The translations under genes and the position numbers were made by a program. From an uncultured Pelagibacteraceae bacterium (GTDB lineage Bacteria > Pseudomonadota > Alphaproteobacteria > Pelagibacterales > Pelagibacteraceae): a stretch of 64,000 nt of DNA. The number at the start of each line of letters is the position of its first letter. The first letter of the stretch is position 1. Location of the stretch: assembly GCA_902599605.1 (NCBI GenBank), contig CACKFV010000004.1, forward strand, positions 152 to 64,151, read 5' to 3'. The notes beneath the pieces are model-generated. The model was not told the DNA's origin. It saw nothing but the letters and a program-made list of their open reading frames with translations, and did no database searches. Positions 1-12,420 of the stretch are shown piece by piece.

Positions 1-903
1 TTTCAAGGAGTATTTCTTGAATATTTCAACTTTTACCGCACCTGATTTAACCATTTCAAAAAGTTTATTTGATGCTTCGTCTAATTCTTCTCTTGTGGAA
101 GTATAATGTGCAATACTAGGTCTTGTTAAATATAATCCTTTTGGAGCTATAAGTTTTCCAACATCTACAGGATCTAATTTTCCAGATGCGTTTCCAAATG
201 AAACCATTGTTCCACGCATTTTTAAACACCCAAGTGAATTTTCTAGAGTATTTTTTCCCACTCCATCGTACACTACTGGCAGACCCTCATTATTTGTTAA
301 TTCTAAAACTTTATCTTTAAAATTTTCTTTATTGTAATTTATTACTTCATCACATCCGTACTTTTTGGCTAGCTTAATTTTTTCGTCTGATCCTACTGTT
401 CCTATTACTTTGCAGCCTAAACTTTTAGCCCATTGACAAAAAATTTGACCAACTCCACCTGCAGCAGCGTGAAACAAAACTGTTTGACCTTTTTTTACAG
501 GGTAAGTTTTGTGTAGAAGATAAAAAGTTGTTAAACCTTTAGTCATTAAACAAGCTACAATTTCAAGATCTATTCCATCTGGTACTTTAACTAAGTTTTT
601 TGTTGGATAAATTCTATGAGTTGAATATGAACCAAGTGGTGCAGCTGCGTATGCTACCTTATCACCCTCCTTAAAATTTTTAACACCTGGCCCAACTTTT
701 TCTATTATTCCTGCACCTTCAAGTCCAATACCTGATGGGAGTGGGACAGGATATAATCCTGACCTATGATATGTATCAATAAAGTTTAAACCTATAGCCG
801 AATGCTTTATTAATACTTCATTCTCTTTAGGTTTAGAAATAGATAACTTTTCGTATTTTAAAACCTCAGGACCACCAGTTTTTGAAAAGTTTATAGAATG
901 CAT
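1..903 (-). CDS. qor: NADPH:quinone oxidoreductase (zeta-crystallin/MDR family), 3' end outside window
   Basis: Not in ORF track. Manual translation from CAT at 901-903 gives MHSINFSKTGGPEVLKYEK...IGLNFIDTYHRSGLYP...GLEGAG and later HAAAGGVG, which are typical Qor motifs. The frame runs off the left edge. Confidence 0.9.
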   Translation of the reverse strand, partial: MHSINFSKTGGPEVLKYEKLSISKPKENEVLIKHSAIGLNFIDTYHRSGLYPVPLPSGIGLEGAGIIEKVGPGVKNFKEGDKVAYAAAPLGSYSTHRIYPTKNLVKVPDGIDLEIVACLMTKGLTTFYLLHKTYPVKKGQTVLFHAAAGGVGQIFCQWAKSLGCKVIGTVGSDEKIKLAKKYGCDEVINYNKENFKDKVLELTNNEGLPVVYDGVGKNTLENSLGCLKMRGTMVSFGNASGKLDPVDVGKLIAPKGLYLTRPSIAHYTSTREELDEASNKLFEMVKSGAVKVEIFKKYSLK

Positions 904-1746
904 TTAATATTTTGCAAAAGTACCATTTTGGTAATCATTAATTGCTTCAACAATCTCAGCTTTTGTATTCATTACAAATGGACCACCTCTAGCTATCGGT
1001 TCGCCAATAGGTTTACCTGCGATTAATAAAAATTCACTTTCTTTTTCAGCTTTGACTTGAAGACTCTTTCCTTGTTTTAATAATATTAAATTTGAGTCGT
1101 TTGTTTTTTCGTGATTTGACTTACCGACTTTAATTTGGCCTTTAAGCAAATAAATAAATGAATTATGTCCTTCCGGAACTTCACAAGAAAATTCCTTTGC
1201 ATTCTTTAATACAATATGAAAATAGATTGGTTCAACGTTATGATTTTTTTCAGGACCCTCAATATCTTTGTACTTTCCAGCGATCACTTTAACTACTTTC
1301 TCATCATCACTGTAAGTTCCAAGCTCCTTATTTTTAATGTAAATATATTCAGGTTTATTTTTTTTTAGTTTTGCAGGCATATTAATCCACAATTGAAATC
1401 CTAGTAATTGGCCATCAGACATTGCAGGCATTTCAGAATGTATTATTCCTCTTCCAGTTTTCATCCATTGTACATCTCCTGATGACATAATTCCTTTAGC
1501 ACCAGTGCTATCCTCATGCTCAAACTTTCCTTTAAGCATATAGGTAACTGTTTCAATACCTCTATGAGGATGAGGGGGAAAACCTGCAACATAATCATCT
1601 TTATTTTCTGAACCAAATTCATCTAACATTAAAAAAGGATCGACATAATCTGCTTCTGGTGTCCCTATACTTCTTTTAAGTTTTACACCTGCACCGTCAG
1701 ATGTTTCAATGGATTTCACAATTTTTTTGATTTCAATATTTGACAT
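904..1746 (-). CDS. Pirin family protein (bicupin)
   Basis: DPFLMLDEF, GFPPHPHRGIETVTY, GRGIIHSEMP, FQLWINMP, GGPFVMN. Confidence 0.95.
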   Translation of the reverse strand: MSNIEIKKIVKSIETSDGAGVKLKRSIGTPEADYVDPFLMLDEFGSENKDDYVAGFPPHPHRGIETVTYMLKGKFEHEDSTGAKGIMSSGDVQWMKTGRGIIHSEMPAMSDGQLLGFQLWINMPAKLKKNKPEYIYIKNKELGTYSDDEKVVKVIAGKYKDIEGPEKNHNVEPIYFHIVLKNAKEFSCEVPEGHNSFIYLLKGQIKVGKSNHEKTNDSNLILLKQGKSLQVKAEKESEFLLIAGKPIGEPIARGGPFVMNTKAEIVEAINDYQNGTFAKY

Positions 1747-1766
1747 AATTTTATCTTAATAATGTT

Positions 1767-2423
1767 TCAAACTATTTCAAGTAGTCCTTTTAAATTTTTA
1801 ATTTCTTTTTTTGGTTTATAATCAAGGTTATCAAAATGAGAGTTGTTACGGTTGACCCAGACAGCATTGTAACCAAAATTTCCACCACCTGATACATCCC
1901 AAGTGTTAGCACTCAAAAAAACAACTTCTTTGGGTTGAATTTTGTATTTATCAATTGGAAGATCGTAGACCTTTGAGTCAGGCTTATAAATTTTTACCTC
2001 TTCGATTGAAAAAAGATCATCAAAGGCATCTAAATTGTTGGAACTTACTAATTCATTTATTAAATCTGGAGTACCATTCGAAAGTATCGCGAGTTTAAGA
2101 TTTTTCTTTTTTAAATCTGTTAAAACCTCTTTCACCTCTGGATAAGGGGATAAAATTTTATAAAGGTTTAGCAATTCACTTTTCATGCTTTTATCTATAT
2201 TAAAAACATTCATAGATTTATCCAAACTATCTTCAGTTATTTGCCAAAAGTCTTTATGTCTTTTCATTAAACTTCTCAACCAAGTATATTCAAGTTGTGT
2301 AGTTCGCCAAAAATTTGCAAAGGCTTCCCACCTATCTCCTATTTTATGTTTACATTTCTCTGCCGCTGAATTTACGTCAAATAATGTTCCATAAGCATCA
2401 AATACTACTGCTTTAAAATCCAT
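1767..2423 (-). CDS. Haloacid dehalogenase type II (L-2-haloacid dehalogenase-like)
   Basis: VFDAYGTLFD, WRTTQLEYTW, ILSNG, YKPDSKVY, SANTWDV. Confidence 0.9.
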   Translation of the reverse strand: MDFKAVVFDAYGTLFDVNSAAEKCKHKIGDRWEAFANFWRTTQLEYTWLRSLMKRHKDFWQITEDSLDKSMNVFNIDKSMKSELLNLYKILSPYPEVKEVLTDLKKKNLKLAILSNGTPDLINELVSSNNLDAFDDLFSIEEVKIYKPDSKVYDLPIDKYKIQPKEVVFLSANTWDVSGGGNFGYNAVWVNRNNSHFDNLDYKPKKEIKNLKGLLEIV

Positions 2424-2445
2424 ACTTTAATTTAAGTTTTTATAT

Positions 2446-2451
2446 TATAAT
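2446..2451 (+). promoter_or_regulatory. Candidate -10 box (TATAAT) 7 nt before the rsmE ATG, suggesting a leaderless transcript
   Basis: Exact TATAAT at 2446-2451, ATG at 2459, no Shine-Dalgarno. The AT-rich background weakens the call. Confidence 0.45.
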
Positions 2452-2458
2452 ATATTTT

Positions 2459-3169
2459 ATGAATATTAGATTATATCACCCTAACAGTATAGTCGAAAAT
2501 ACAACTAAGTCGCTTTCAAAAGAACATGGTCATTATGTAGCAAACGTGATGAGACTTAAATTAGGTTCATGTATAAATTTTTTTAATAAAGATGGTGAGT
2601 GGGAAAGTGAAATAACTTTTATTCAAAAAGATAAGGTTGAGGTAAAATTTATAAAAAAAGTAAAACAAGCAAACAATTCATCCAAAATTGAACTTGCTAT
2701 TTGTTTAGTCAAAAAAACTCCAATGGAAACAATTTTACAAAAATCTACCGAACTAGGTGTAAGTAAAATAATTCCAATTGTTTCGGAGAGAACAGAAGTT
2801 AAAGACTTAAATTATGAAAGAGCAAGAAAAATAGTTATTGAAGCTACAGAACAATCTAATCAATTAAACCCTCCAGAAATTTCGGAGGTTAAAAAACTTA
2901 AAAACTTTTTAAAAGACATCGATGACTCCACAAAACTTTTATTTGCCGATGTAAATTCTCAAAATGTTTTAAAGCACGATAATATTAAAAAAGGAGAAGC
3001 TTTAAGTGTTTTGATAGGACCCGAAGGTGATTTTTCACCAGCTGAACGCGAGTCGATTTTGAAAGTTCCAGATGTTAAATCATTTAGTATATCTAAGAAT
3101 ATTTTAAGGTCAGATACTGCCGTTATAACCGCTATTTCATTAGTGAATTTCGTCTATTTCAATTCATAA
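2459..3169 (+). CDS. rsmE: 16S rRNA m3U1498 methyltransferase RsmE
   Basis: HYVANVMRL, QKSTELGV, EATEQS, IGPEGDFS, NILRSDTA (SPOUT motifs). Confidence 0.95.
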   Translation: MNIRLYHPNSIVENTTKSLSKEHGHYVANVMRLKLGSCINFFNKDGEWESEITFIQKDKVEVKFIKKVKQANNSSKIELAICLVKKTPMETILQKSTELGVSKIIPIVSERTEVKDLNYERARKIVIEATEQSNQLNPPEISEVKKLKNFLKDIDDSTKLLFADVNSQNVLKHDNIKKGEALSVLIGPEGDFSPAERESILKVPDVKSFSISKNILRSDTAVITAISLVNFVYFNS

Positions 3170-3227
3170 TTGTCGCATTAATTGAATTTGTTAATTGAAT
3201 TAAAAACTGTATAAAAACGAAATAAAA

Positions 3228-5679
<2,452 letters not shown>

Positions 5680-5692
5680 TTATTGGCATTAA

Positions 5693-6604
5693 ATGACAAC
5701 GTATAATTCTAGAGCAAAAAGTATTTCACTATTTGATACATCAGTTTTATTAGAATTACTAAGACTGATGAAACCTAGAGTAATGTCTCTGGTGATATTT
5801 ACCTGTGCAGTTGGTTTGTTAACTGCACCGGGTGAGATCAGTTTTATCAAATCGATAACAAACATTTTTTTTGTGACACTTGGTGCTGGAGCAGCTGGGG
5901 CTCTTAATATGTGGTATGAGGCAGATTTAGATAAACTAATGAGCAGAACATGTTTAAGGCCGCTTCCAACAGGAAAACTAAAAAAAAAACATGCGCTTAT
6001 TTTTGGAATAGTCTTATCAGTAGTTTCAGTTTTGGGACTTTACTATTTTTCAAATTTGCTATCTGCTTTAGTTTTGCTTTTTACAATTAGTTTTTATTTA
6101 TTTGTTTATACAATTTGGCTTAAAAGAAGAACACCGCAAAACATAGTAATTGGCGGAGCATCTGGTGCTTTGCCTCCTGTAATCGGATGGACAATTGTAA
6201 CAAATTCTTTAAGTTTGGAAGCGCTATCATTTTTCTTGATAATATTTTTTTGGACACCTTCACATTTTTGGGCTTTAAGTTTGTATAAAGTGGGTGACTA
6301 CAAAAGAGCCAAAATTCCAATGTTACCAGTGACCAATGGCATCGAAAATACAAAAAAAAATATTTTTGTATACTCACTTTTAATGCTTCCAACATTGGCG
6401 CTACCTTACATAATAGGTTTTGTTGGAGAATTATTTCTAGTTAGCGCCTTTGGTCTTACAATTTATTATATTTTATTGTGTTTTGCTTTATTAAAAACAA
6501 AAAAAGATTCTTTTGATTTACAAAAAGCCAAAAGAGTTTTTGGGTATTCAATCTTTTACTTGTTTTTTATATTTGTATTATTTTTAATTGATAAATTATT
6601 CTAA
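5693..6604 (+). CDS. ctaB: Protoheme IX farnesyltransferase (heme O synthase)
   Basis: LMKPRVM, DLDKLMSRTCLRPLP, WLKRRTPQNIVIGG, FWTPSHFWAL. Confidence 0.95.
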   Translation: MTTYNSRAKSISLFDTSVLLELLRLMKPRVMSLVIFTCAVGLLTAPGEISFIKSITNIFFVTLGAGAAGALNMWYEADLDKLMSRTCLRPLPTGKLKKKHALIFGIVLSVVSVLGLYYFSNLLSALVLLFTISFYLFVYTIWLKRRTPQNIVIGGASGALPPVIGWTIVTNSLSLEALSFFLIIFFWTPSHFWALSLYKVGDYKRAKIPMLPVTNGIENTKKNIFVYSLLMLPTLALPYIIGFVGELFLVSAFGLTIYYILLCFALLKTKKDSFDLQKAKRVFGYSIFYLFFIFVLFLIDKLF

Positions 6605-6726
6605 TGGAAGTTGACAAAAAAATAAAAAAGAAAAATATCTTTACTGCTATTGGACTTATAGTATTTATCTTATTACTTTTTGTTTTTACACTTTACAATG
6701 TTGGAGTTTTTGAGAGAGCCATATGA
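6604..6726 (+). CDS. 40-aa single-TM membrane protein (CoxF-like), missing from ORF track
   Basis: MEVDKKIKKKNIFTAIGLIVFILLLFVFTLYNVGVFERAI*. It overlaps the ctaB stop (TAATG) and the ctaG start (ATGA), and sits where coxF sits in alphaproteobacterial cox operons. Confidence 0.8.
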   Translation: MEVDKKIKKKNIFTAIGLIVFILLLFVFTLYNVGVFERAI

Positions 6727-7268
6727 TTAGTAAGAAAAACCTAACGCCATTAATTTTATCTTTAATATTCTTTTTAATGCTAGGATTATCATTTGCTGCT
6801 GTTCCACTGTATGATTTATTTTGCCGAGTCACAGGATTTGGAGGCACTACTCAAATCTCAAAAGAAGCTCCAAAAATAGTTATAGATGAACCCGTTAGAG
6901 TAAGATTTGACACAAATGTTCAAACAGACTTGGCTTGGAATTTTAAAGCAAGTAAATCTTTATATGATATTAAACCAGGCAAAGTATATAAAGTTGAGTT
7001 TGAAGTAGAAAACTTTGGAAATGAACCTTCAAGTGGAGTTGCAAGTTATAATGTATCTCCATCAACTTTTGGACAATATTTTAATAAACTAGGATGTTTT
7101 TGTTTTGAAAAACAAACATTAAAAAGTGGAGAAAAAATGAGTTATATTTTAACTTTTTATTTAGATCCTGAAATGGTAAATGATCCTAAAACTAAAAACA
7201 TAGATGATATTACAATGTCGTATACATTTTTTTCTTCTGACTATTATAAACAATCAAAGGTTAATTAA
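6723..7268 (+). CDS. ctaG: Cytochrome c oxidase assembly protein CtaG/Cox11
   Basis: AVPLYDLFCRVTGFGGT, YFNKLGCFCF, MSYTFF. Confidence 0.95.
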   Translation: MISKKNLTPLILSLIFFLMLGLSFAAVPLYDLFCRVTGFGGTTQISKEAPKIVIDEPVRVRFDTNVQTDLAWNFKASKSLYDIKPGKVYKVEFEVENFGNEPSSGVASYNVSPSTFGQYFNKLGCFCFEKQTLKSGEKMSYILTFYLDPEMVNDPKTKNIDDITMSYTFFSSDYYKQSKVN

Positions 7269-7270
7269 TT

Positions 7271-8062
7271 ATGAGCTCTAAAGATCAAAAACATGATTAC
7301 CACTTAGTTGATCCAAGTCCATGGCCAATCTATACATCTTTTGCTACCTTAATTACTGCTATAGGATCAGTTTATTATTTTCACTCTAAAGTTATGTGGG
7401 CTATGTTACTTGGTTTTGCTCTTTTAATTTATGGGGCATACATGTGGTTCAGAGATGTTGTTAATGAAGCTGAACATCAAGGTCACCATACCCCGGTCGT
7501 TCAGATACATCACCGTTATGGAATGACATTGTTTATTGCATCTGAAGTAATGTTTTTTGTTGCTTGGTTTTGGGCCTACTTTGATGCTAGTTTGTATCCG
7601 AGTGCTTTTGTTGGTGGAGTTTGGCCGCCTAAAGATATTGAAGTTTTTAATCCATGGGATATTCCATTAATTAACACACTGGTCTTATTATTATCTGGAA
7701 CAACTGTTACATGGGCTCATCACTCTTTATTAGAGGATGATAGAAAAGGTTTTATACAAGGTTTATGGGCAACAGTTCTACTAGGTTTCTTTTTTACTCT
7801 TCTTCAAATATACGAGTATCAACATGCGAGTTTTGATTTTTCAGGGCACATTTATGGTGCAACATTTTATATGGCCACAGGCTTTCATGGCTTTCACGTG
7901 GTAATTGGAACTATCTTTTTAGCTGTTTGTTTGTGGAGAGGAAAACTTGGTCATTTTAACAAGGATCATCATTTTGGATTTGAAGCTGCAGCATGGTACT
8001 GGCATTTTGTTGATGTAGTTTGGTTGTTTTTATTTGCAGCAATCTATGTTTGGGGAAGCTAA
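7271..8062 (+). CDS. coxC: Cytochrome c oxidase subunit III
   Basis: HDYHLVDPSPWP, FIASEVMFF, TGFHGFHV, WYWHFVDVVW. Confidence 0.97.
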   Translation: MSSKDQKHDYHLVDPSPWPIYTSFATLITAIGSVYYFHSKVMWAMLLGFALLIYGAYMWFRDVVNEAEHQGHHTPVVQIHHRYGMTLFIASEVMFFVAWFWAYFDASLYPSAFVGGVWPPKDIEVFNPWDIPLINTLVLLLSGTTVTWAHHSLLEDDRKGFIQGLWATVLLGFFFTLLQIYEYQHASFDFSGHIYGATFYMATGFHGFHVVIGTIFLAVCLWRGKLGHFNKDHHFGFEAAAWYWHFVDVVWLFLFAAIYVWGS

Positions 8063-8067
8063 TTTAA

Positions 8068-8724
8068 TTGAGATATAAGCTTCTTTTCACAATATTTGTT
8101 TCTTTTTTTATTACAATTTTTCTTGCCCTTGGGTTTTGGCAGTTATTCAGACTTAATTGGAAAAATAGTCTTATTGAAGAAATAAATTCTTCCCTCATGA
8201 ACGATCCAGTAAAATTTGATGCAAGAAAAATTACAAACTTTCAAAAAATTGAATTCAAGGGCAAAATTGATAATGAGAATTTAATTTATTTATATGGACT
8301 CAGTGATAATGGAGAACCAGGTTTCAATATAATTAAACAAGTTGATATTGAAGGAGAAAACTTTTTAATTAATCAAGGATGGATACCAAGAGATTTGAAA
8401 GGTGAGTCCTTCGATCTTAAACAATTAGAATACTTTGGTATTACAAAATTAAAATCAAAAAAAAATTACTTTAAACCTAATAATGATTTATCAAAAAACT
8501 ATTGGTTTAAACTTGATGATATAGATTTAAAAAAATATACTGGAAAAACATTTTCTCCATTTATTATTTTTGTTCAAAATGGAGAACAAAAAAACTCTTT
8601 TCCAATACCAAAAAAAATTTCATCAGATCTGCCTAATAATCACCTTAAATACTCTTTAACATGGTTTTCAATAGCGATATCAATTCTTTTGATATATCTA
8701 TATTTTAGAAAAAAGAATTATTAA
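8068..8724 (+). CDS. SURF1/Shy1 family oxidase assembly protein
   Basis: LGFWQLFRLNWK, INQGWIP, PNNHLKYSLTWF; TTG start; located in cox operon. Confidence 0.9.
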   Translation: MRYKLLFTIFVSFFITIFLALGFWQLFRLNWKNSLIEEINSSLMNDPVKFDARKITNFQKIEFKGKIDNENLIYLYGLSDNGEPGFNIIKQVDIEGENFLINQGWIPRDLKGESFDLKQLEYFGITKLKSKKNYFKPNNDLSKNYWFKLDDIDLKKYTGKTFSPFIIFVQNGEQKNSFPIPKKISSDLPNNHLKYSLTWFSIAISILLIYLYFRKKNY

Positions 8725-10094
8725 TGGAATATATTAGTACAAGAAGTGATAATAAGAAATTTTCCTTCAGTGAGGTATTTCTCAAAGGTCTTGCTGATGA
8801 TGGAGGCCTTTTTATACCATTAAATATTGAAAAATTTGATGAGGGCAAAATGAACTCTCTAAAAAAATTAAGTTATGTAGATTTAGCTACTGAAATTATT
8901 TATTTATACACTGGTGATTTTTTAAGCAAAAAAGAATTAAATGAAATTGTTAAAAAATCATATTCTAACTTCAGGGAAAAAGAAGTTGTTAAAATAGTTG
9001 AGTTAAATCAATTAAAGATCTTGGAATTATTTCATGGACCCACTCTAGCTTTTAAAGATATTGCGATGCAGTTAATTGGAAATATGTATGAGCATCTTTT
9101 AAAATCAAATAACAAAACAATAAATATAGTCGTTGCAACTTCTGGGGACACTGGAGCAGCAGCTATTGATGCAATCAAAGGCAAATCTAATTTAAATATA
9201 TTTGTTTTACATCCAAATAATAGAATTTCCTCTGTTCAAAGAAAAATTATGACTACAATAGACGAAAAAAATGTTTTCAATATTGCAATTGATGGAAACT
9301 TTGATGACTGTCAAAATATTGTAAAACAAATGTTTTCTGACATTGAGTTTTCAAAATCTATAAATATGTCAGGTGTAAACTCAATAAATTGGGCAAGAAT
9401 AATTGCTCAAGCGGTTTATTATTTTTTTGCGCATTTTAAATTAGCAAAAGAGAATGTTTCTTTTTCAGTTCCGACAGGAAATTTTGGAGATGTCTTTGCA
9501 GGATATCTTGCAAAAAAAATGGGATTACCAATTGATAAATTAATTGTTGCAACAAATGAAAACGATATTTTACATAGAGCCATTACAAAAGGAGAATATA
9601 TTTCAAAGGAAGTCAGAGAAACTTTATCACCAAGTATGGATATCCAATTAGCTAGTAATTTTGAAAGACTAATTTACTACGTGAATAATTCAAGCTCAGA
9701 AAAAACAGCAGAAATTATGAAAAAGGTTAAGCAGAATTCTTATCAAATTGAAAAGAAAGATTTAGATATAATTCAAAAAGATTTTTTATCAGAAAGTTGT
9801 AACGAAAAAGAAACTTTAGAAATCATTAAAAAAAATTATGAGGAAAATGATGTGGTTTTAGATCCGCATACGGCCATTGGAGTGGGCGCTGCACAAAAAT
9901 TATCTTTGAATGATTGTATAGTTTTATCAACTGCGCACCCATGTAAATTTCCAGATGCCACAAAAAACGCGATTAATAAACATGAAAAACTACCAAAAGA
10001 ACTCCAGCATGTGCTTAATAAAAATGAGAATTTTCAAGTACTAAAGAATAGTACGGACGAAGTAAAAAAATTTATTAAAAGTAAAATTTTATAA
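8724..10094 (+). CDS. thrC: Threonine synthase
   Basis: YISTR, LFHGPTLAFKD (PLP Lys), ATSGDTG, VPTGNFG, STAHPCKF. Confidence 0.97.
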   Translation: MEYISTRSDNKKFSFSEVFLKGLADDGGLFIPLNIEKFDEGKMNSLKKLSYVDLATEIIYLYTGDFLSKKELNEIVKKSYSNFREKEVVKIVELNQLKILELFHGPTLAFKDIAMQLIGNMYEHLLKSNNKTINIVVATSGDTGAAAIDAIKGKSNLNIFVLHPNNRISSVQRKIMTTIDEKNVFNIAIDGNFDDCQNIVKQMFSDIEFSKSINMSGVNSINWARIIAQAVYYFFAHFKLAKENVSFSVPTGNFGDVFAGYLAKKMGLPIDKLIVATNENDILHRAITKGEYISKEVRETLSPSMDIQLASNFERLIYYVNNSSSEKTAEIMKKVKQNSYQIEKKDLDIIQKDFLSESCNEKETLEIIKKNYEENDVVLDPHTAIGVGAAQKLSLNDCIVLSTAHPCKFPDATKNAINKHEKLPKELQHVLNKNENFQVLKNSTDEVKKFIKSKIL

Positions 10095-10511
10095 GTTTGC
10101 AGCTTCTTTGGCAATTAAATCAACTTCATTGTTTAACTCGTCAGTAGAATGCGCTTTTACCCAATTCCAACTTATTTCAAATTCATTGGCTAAAATATCA
10201 AGCTCTGTCCAAAGATCTTTATTTTTAACTTCTTGCTTGTTTGCAGTTTTCCATCCATTTTTTTTCCAATTATAAATCCACTCTGTTATTCCTGATTTAA
10301 CATACTTCGAGTCTGTAAAAATTTGAACTTTGCTTCCTTTGGGAATTTTTTTTAATGCCTCAATAGGGGCAAGTAATTCCATTTGATTGTTTGTTGTATT
10401 TTTTTTACTTCCTTTAATCTGAGTTTTTTGGCCATTGTTAATAATTATTGCTGCCCATCCACCATTTCCGGGATTTTCTAAACAGGATCCGTCAGTATAA
10501 ATTTTAATCAT
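10089..10511 (-). CDS. rnhA: Ribonuclease HI
   Basis: IYTDGSC..NPG.GGW, TNNQMEL, TDSKY, WVKAHS..NNEVD. Confidence 0.96.
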   Translation of the reverse strand: MIKIYTDGSCLENPGNGGWAAIIINNGQKTQIKGSKKNTTNNQMELLAPIEALKKIPKGSKVQIFTDSKYVKSGITEWIYNWKKNGWKTANKQEVKNKDLWTELDILANEFEISWNWVKAHSTDELNNEVDLIAKEAANL

Positions 10512-11476
10512 TATAAGTATTCCTCAAATTTTTCTATAGAGTCATGAAACCTAAGTTTTTGTATATATTCTAATGGATCCTTTTTTTTAATTAAAATATT
10601 TTTAGGAGTATTTACGTAATCATACGCTCTCGTAGCCAGATATCTTAAGGCAGATCCTTTACAAAGAATTTTCATACTTTTTTTTTCTTCTGGTTTAAGT
10701 TTTCTAATACTTTCATAACCCTTGAAAAGCTTAGAAGCTTTTTTCTTATTAAACTTAAATTTATTTTTTGTTTTATTAAAACAAAGAGAATTTATACAAA
10801 TAGCAAGTTCATAAGCTTGAAAATCATAAGCTGAAAAATAAAAATCAATAAACCCTCCAAATTTTCCCTTGTGAAAAAAAATATTGTCAATGAACAAGTC
10901 ACCATGAATTACACTACTTGGTATTTTTTTTGGCCAGTTTTTGTTTATATCACGAAAACTTTCCTTCATTTCTTTTTTAAGATTTTTAGGTAACTTCGAA
11001 TTTTTTAAGTTAATTTTATTTATAAGATTATTTATTTTGAGGGGTGAAAAGCTATTTTTTCTTTTAAGTTTTATTTTTGTTAATTTTTTATGCATTAAAC
11101 CAATTTTTTTACCAATGACTAGTAAATCTTTTTCTAAAAGCTTTTTTTTATCGTTACCCTCCAAGAAGGAAACTAGACAAGCTTTTTTTCTTTTTAAATT
11201 AAATATGTATTTTCCATATTTATTTTTGATTGGAGAAGGGCATTTAATACCTTTTTTTGAAAGCGCATCCATCAACTTCATAAAGTAGGGTAAATCCTTA
11301 TTATTTACTCTACTTTCAAAAATCGTTAAGACGTATTTTTTATTCTTTGTGGCAACAGTATAATTTGTATTTTCTATTCCTTTTTTAATGCCTTTAAAGC
11401 TTATGATTTTTTTAAATCCAAAAATATTTTGGACATTAAAAATGTCAGCTTGATTTAACTTTGTAAATACAGCCAT
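10511..11476 (-). CDS. thrB: Homoserine kinase type II
   Basis: MAVFT, GIENTNY, IHGDLFIDN, IDFYF; ispH-thrB-rnhA synteny. Confidence 0.93.
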   Translation of the reverse strand: MAVFTKLNQADIFNVQNIFGFKKIISFKGIKKGIENTNYTVATKNKKYVLTIFESRVNNKDLPYFMKLMDALSKKGIKCPSPIKNKYGKYIFNLKRKKACLVSFLEGNDKKKLLEKDLLVIGKKIGLMHKKLTKIKLKRKNSFSPLKINNLINKINLKNSKLPKNLKKEMKESFRDINKNWPKKIPSSVIHGDLFIDNIFFHKGKFGGFIDFYFSAYDFQAYELAICINSLCFNKTKNKFKFNKKKASKLFKGYESIRKLKPEEKKSMKILCKGSALRYLATRAYDYVNTPKNILIKKKDPLEYIQKLRFHDSIEKFEEYL

Positions 11477-12420
11477 TAATTGAGTTTTCCTGGAACTTTA
11501 AAAGTTACATTTTCTTTTACTATTTCGACTTCTTGAATTTCAACATTAAAATTTTCTTTAATTTTTTCTATAAAATTCTGAACTAAAATCTCAGGTGCCG
11601 ATGCACCTGATGAAATACCTATACTATTACACTGAGAAATTTTTTTTATTGGAACAGAGCTTTCAGAATGTATTAATTCTGAATAATCACATCCTGCCTT
11701 ATTAGCCACCTCCACGAGTCTTTTTGAATTAGAAGAATTCCTACTTCCAATCACAAAGAACATATCACACTTTGATGCAATCTGTTTAACAGCTGCTTGT
11801 CTATTAGTCGTGGCATAACAGATATCTTCTTTATTTGGTTCTTTAATTTGTGGAAATTTTTTCTTTAAAGCATCAATTATATCTTTTGTATCATCAACAG
11901 AAAGAGTTGTTTGAGTTACAAAAGCTAATTTTTTATTTGACGGAATATCAATATCCTCAACATCATCAATTGTTTCAACTAATTCTATTGACCCTTCTGG
12001 AATTTGACCCATAGTACCAATTACTTCAGGATGATTTTCGTGACCAATTAAGAAAATATGGAAACCTGCTTTATTTAAATTTTCAGCTTCTCTATGTACT
12101 TTAGAAACCAAAGGACAAGTAGCATCTATGTATTCCATTTTTAAATCTTGAGCTTCTTTTGGAACTTTTTTTGGTACTCCATGGGCTGAAAAGATTACTG
12201 GTCTAGTTTTGTCTTTAATTTCACTAAGTTCTTCCACAAATATTGCACCAATTTTTCTTAAATTTTCTACTACATGCTTATTGTGAACTATCTCATGTCG
12301 TACATAAACTGGCGACCCAAATTTATTTATACTTTTTTTAACAATTTCTATTGCTCTATCAACTCCAGCACAAAACCCTCTTGGAGCAGCTAAATATATT
12401 TTTAAATCTTTATTTTTCAT
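11476..12420 (-). CDS. ispH: HMBPP reductase IspH (LytB)
   Basis: PRGFCAGV, DATCPLV, DICYATTNRQ, SSNS, GASAPE. Confidence 0.97.
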   Translation of the reverse strand: MKNKDLKIYLAAPRGFCAGVDRAIEIVKKSINKFGSPVYVRHEIVHNKHVVENLRKIGAIFVEELSEIKDKTRPVIFSAHGVPKKVPKEAQDLKMEYIDATCPLVSKVHREAENLNKAGFHIFLIGHENHPEVIGTMGQIPEGSIELVETIDDVEDIDIPSNKKLAFVTQTTLSVDDTKDIIDALKKKFPQIKEPNKEDICYATTNRQAAVKQIASKCDMFFVIGSRNSSNSKRLVEVANKAGCDYSELIHSESSVPIKKISQCNSIGISSGASAPEILVQNFIEKIKENFNVEIQEVEIVKENVTFKVPGKLN

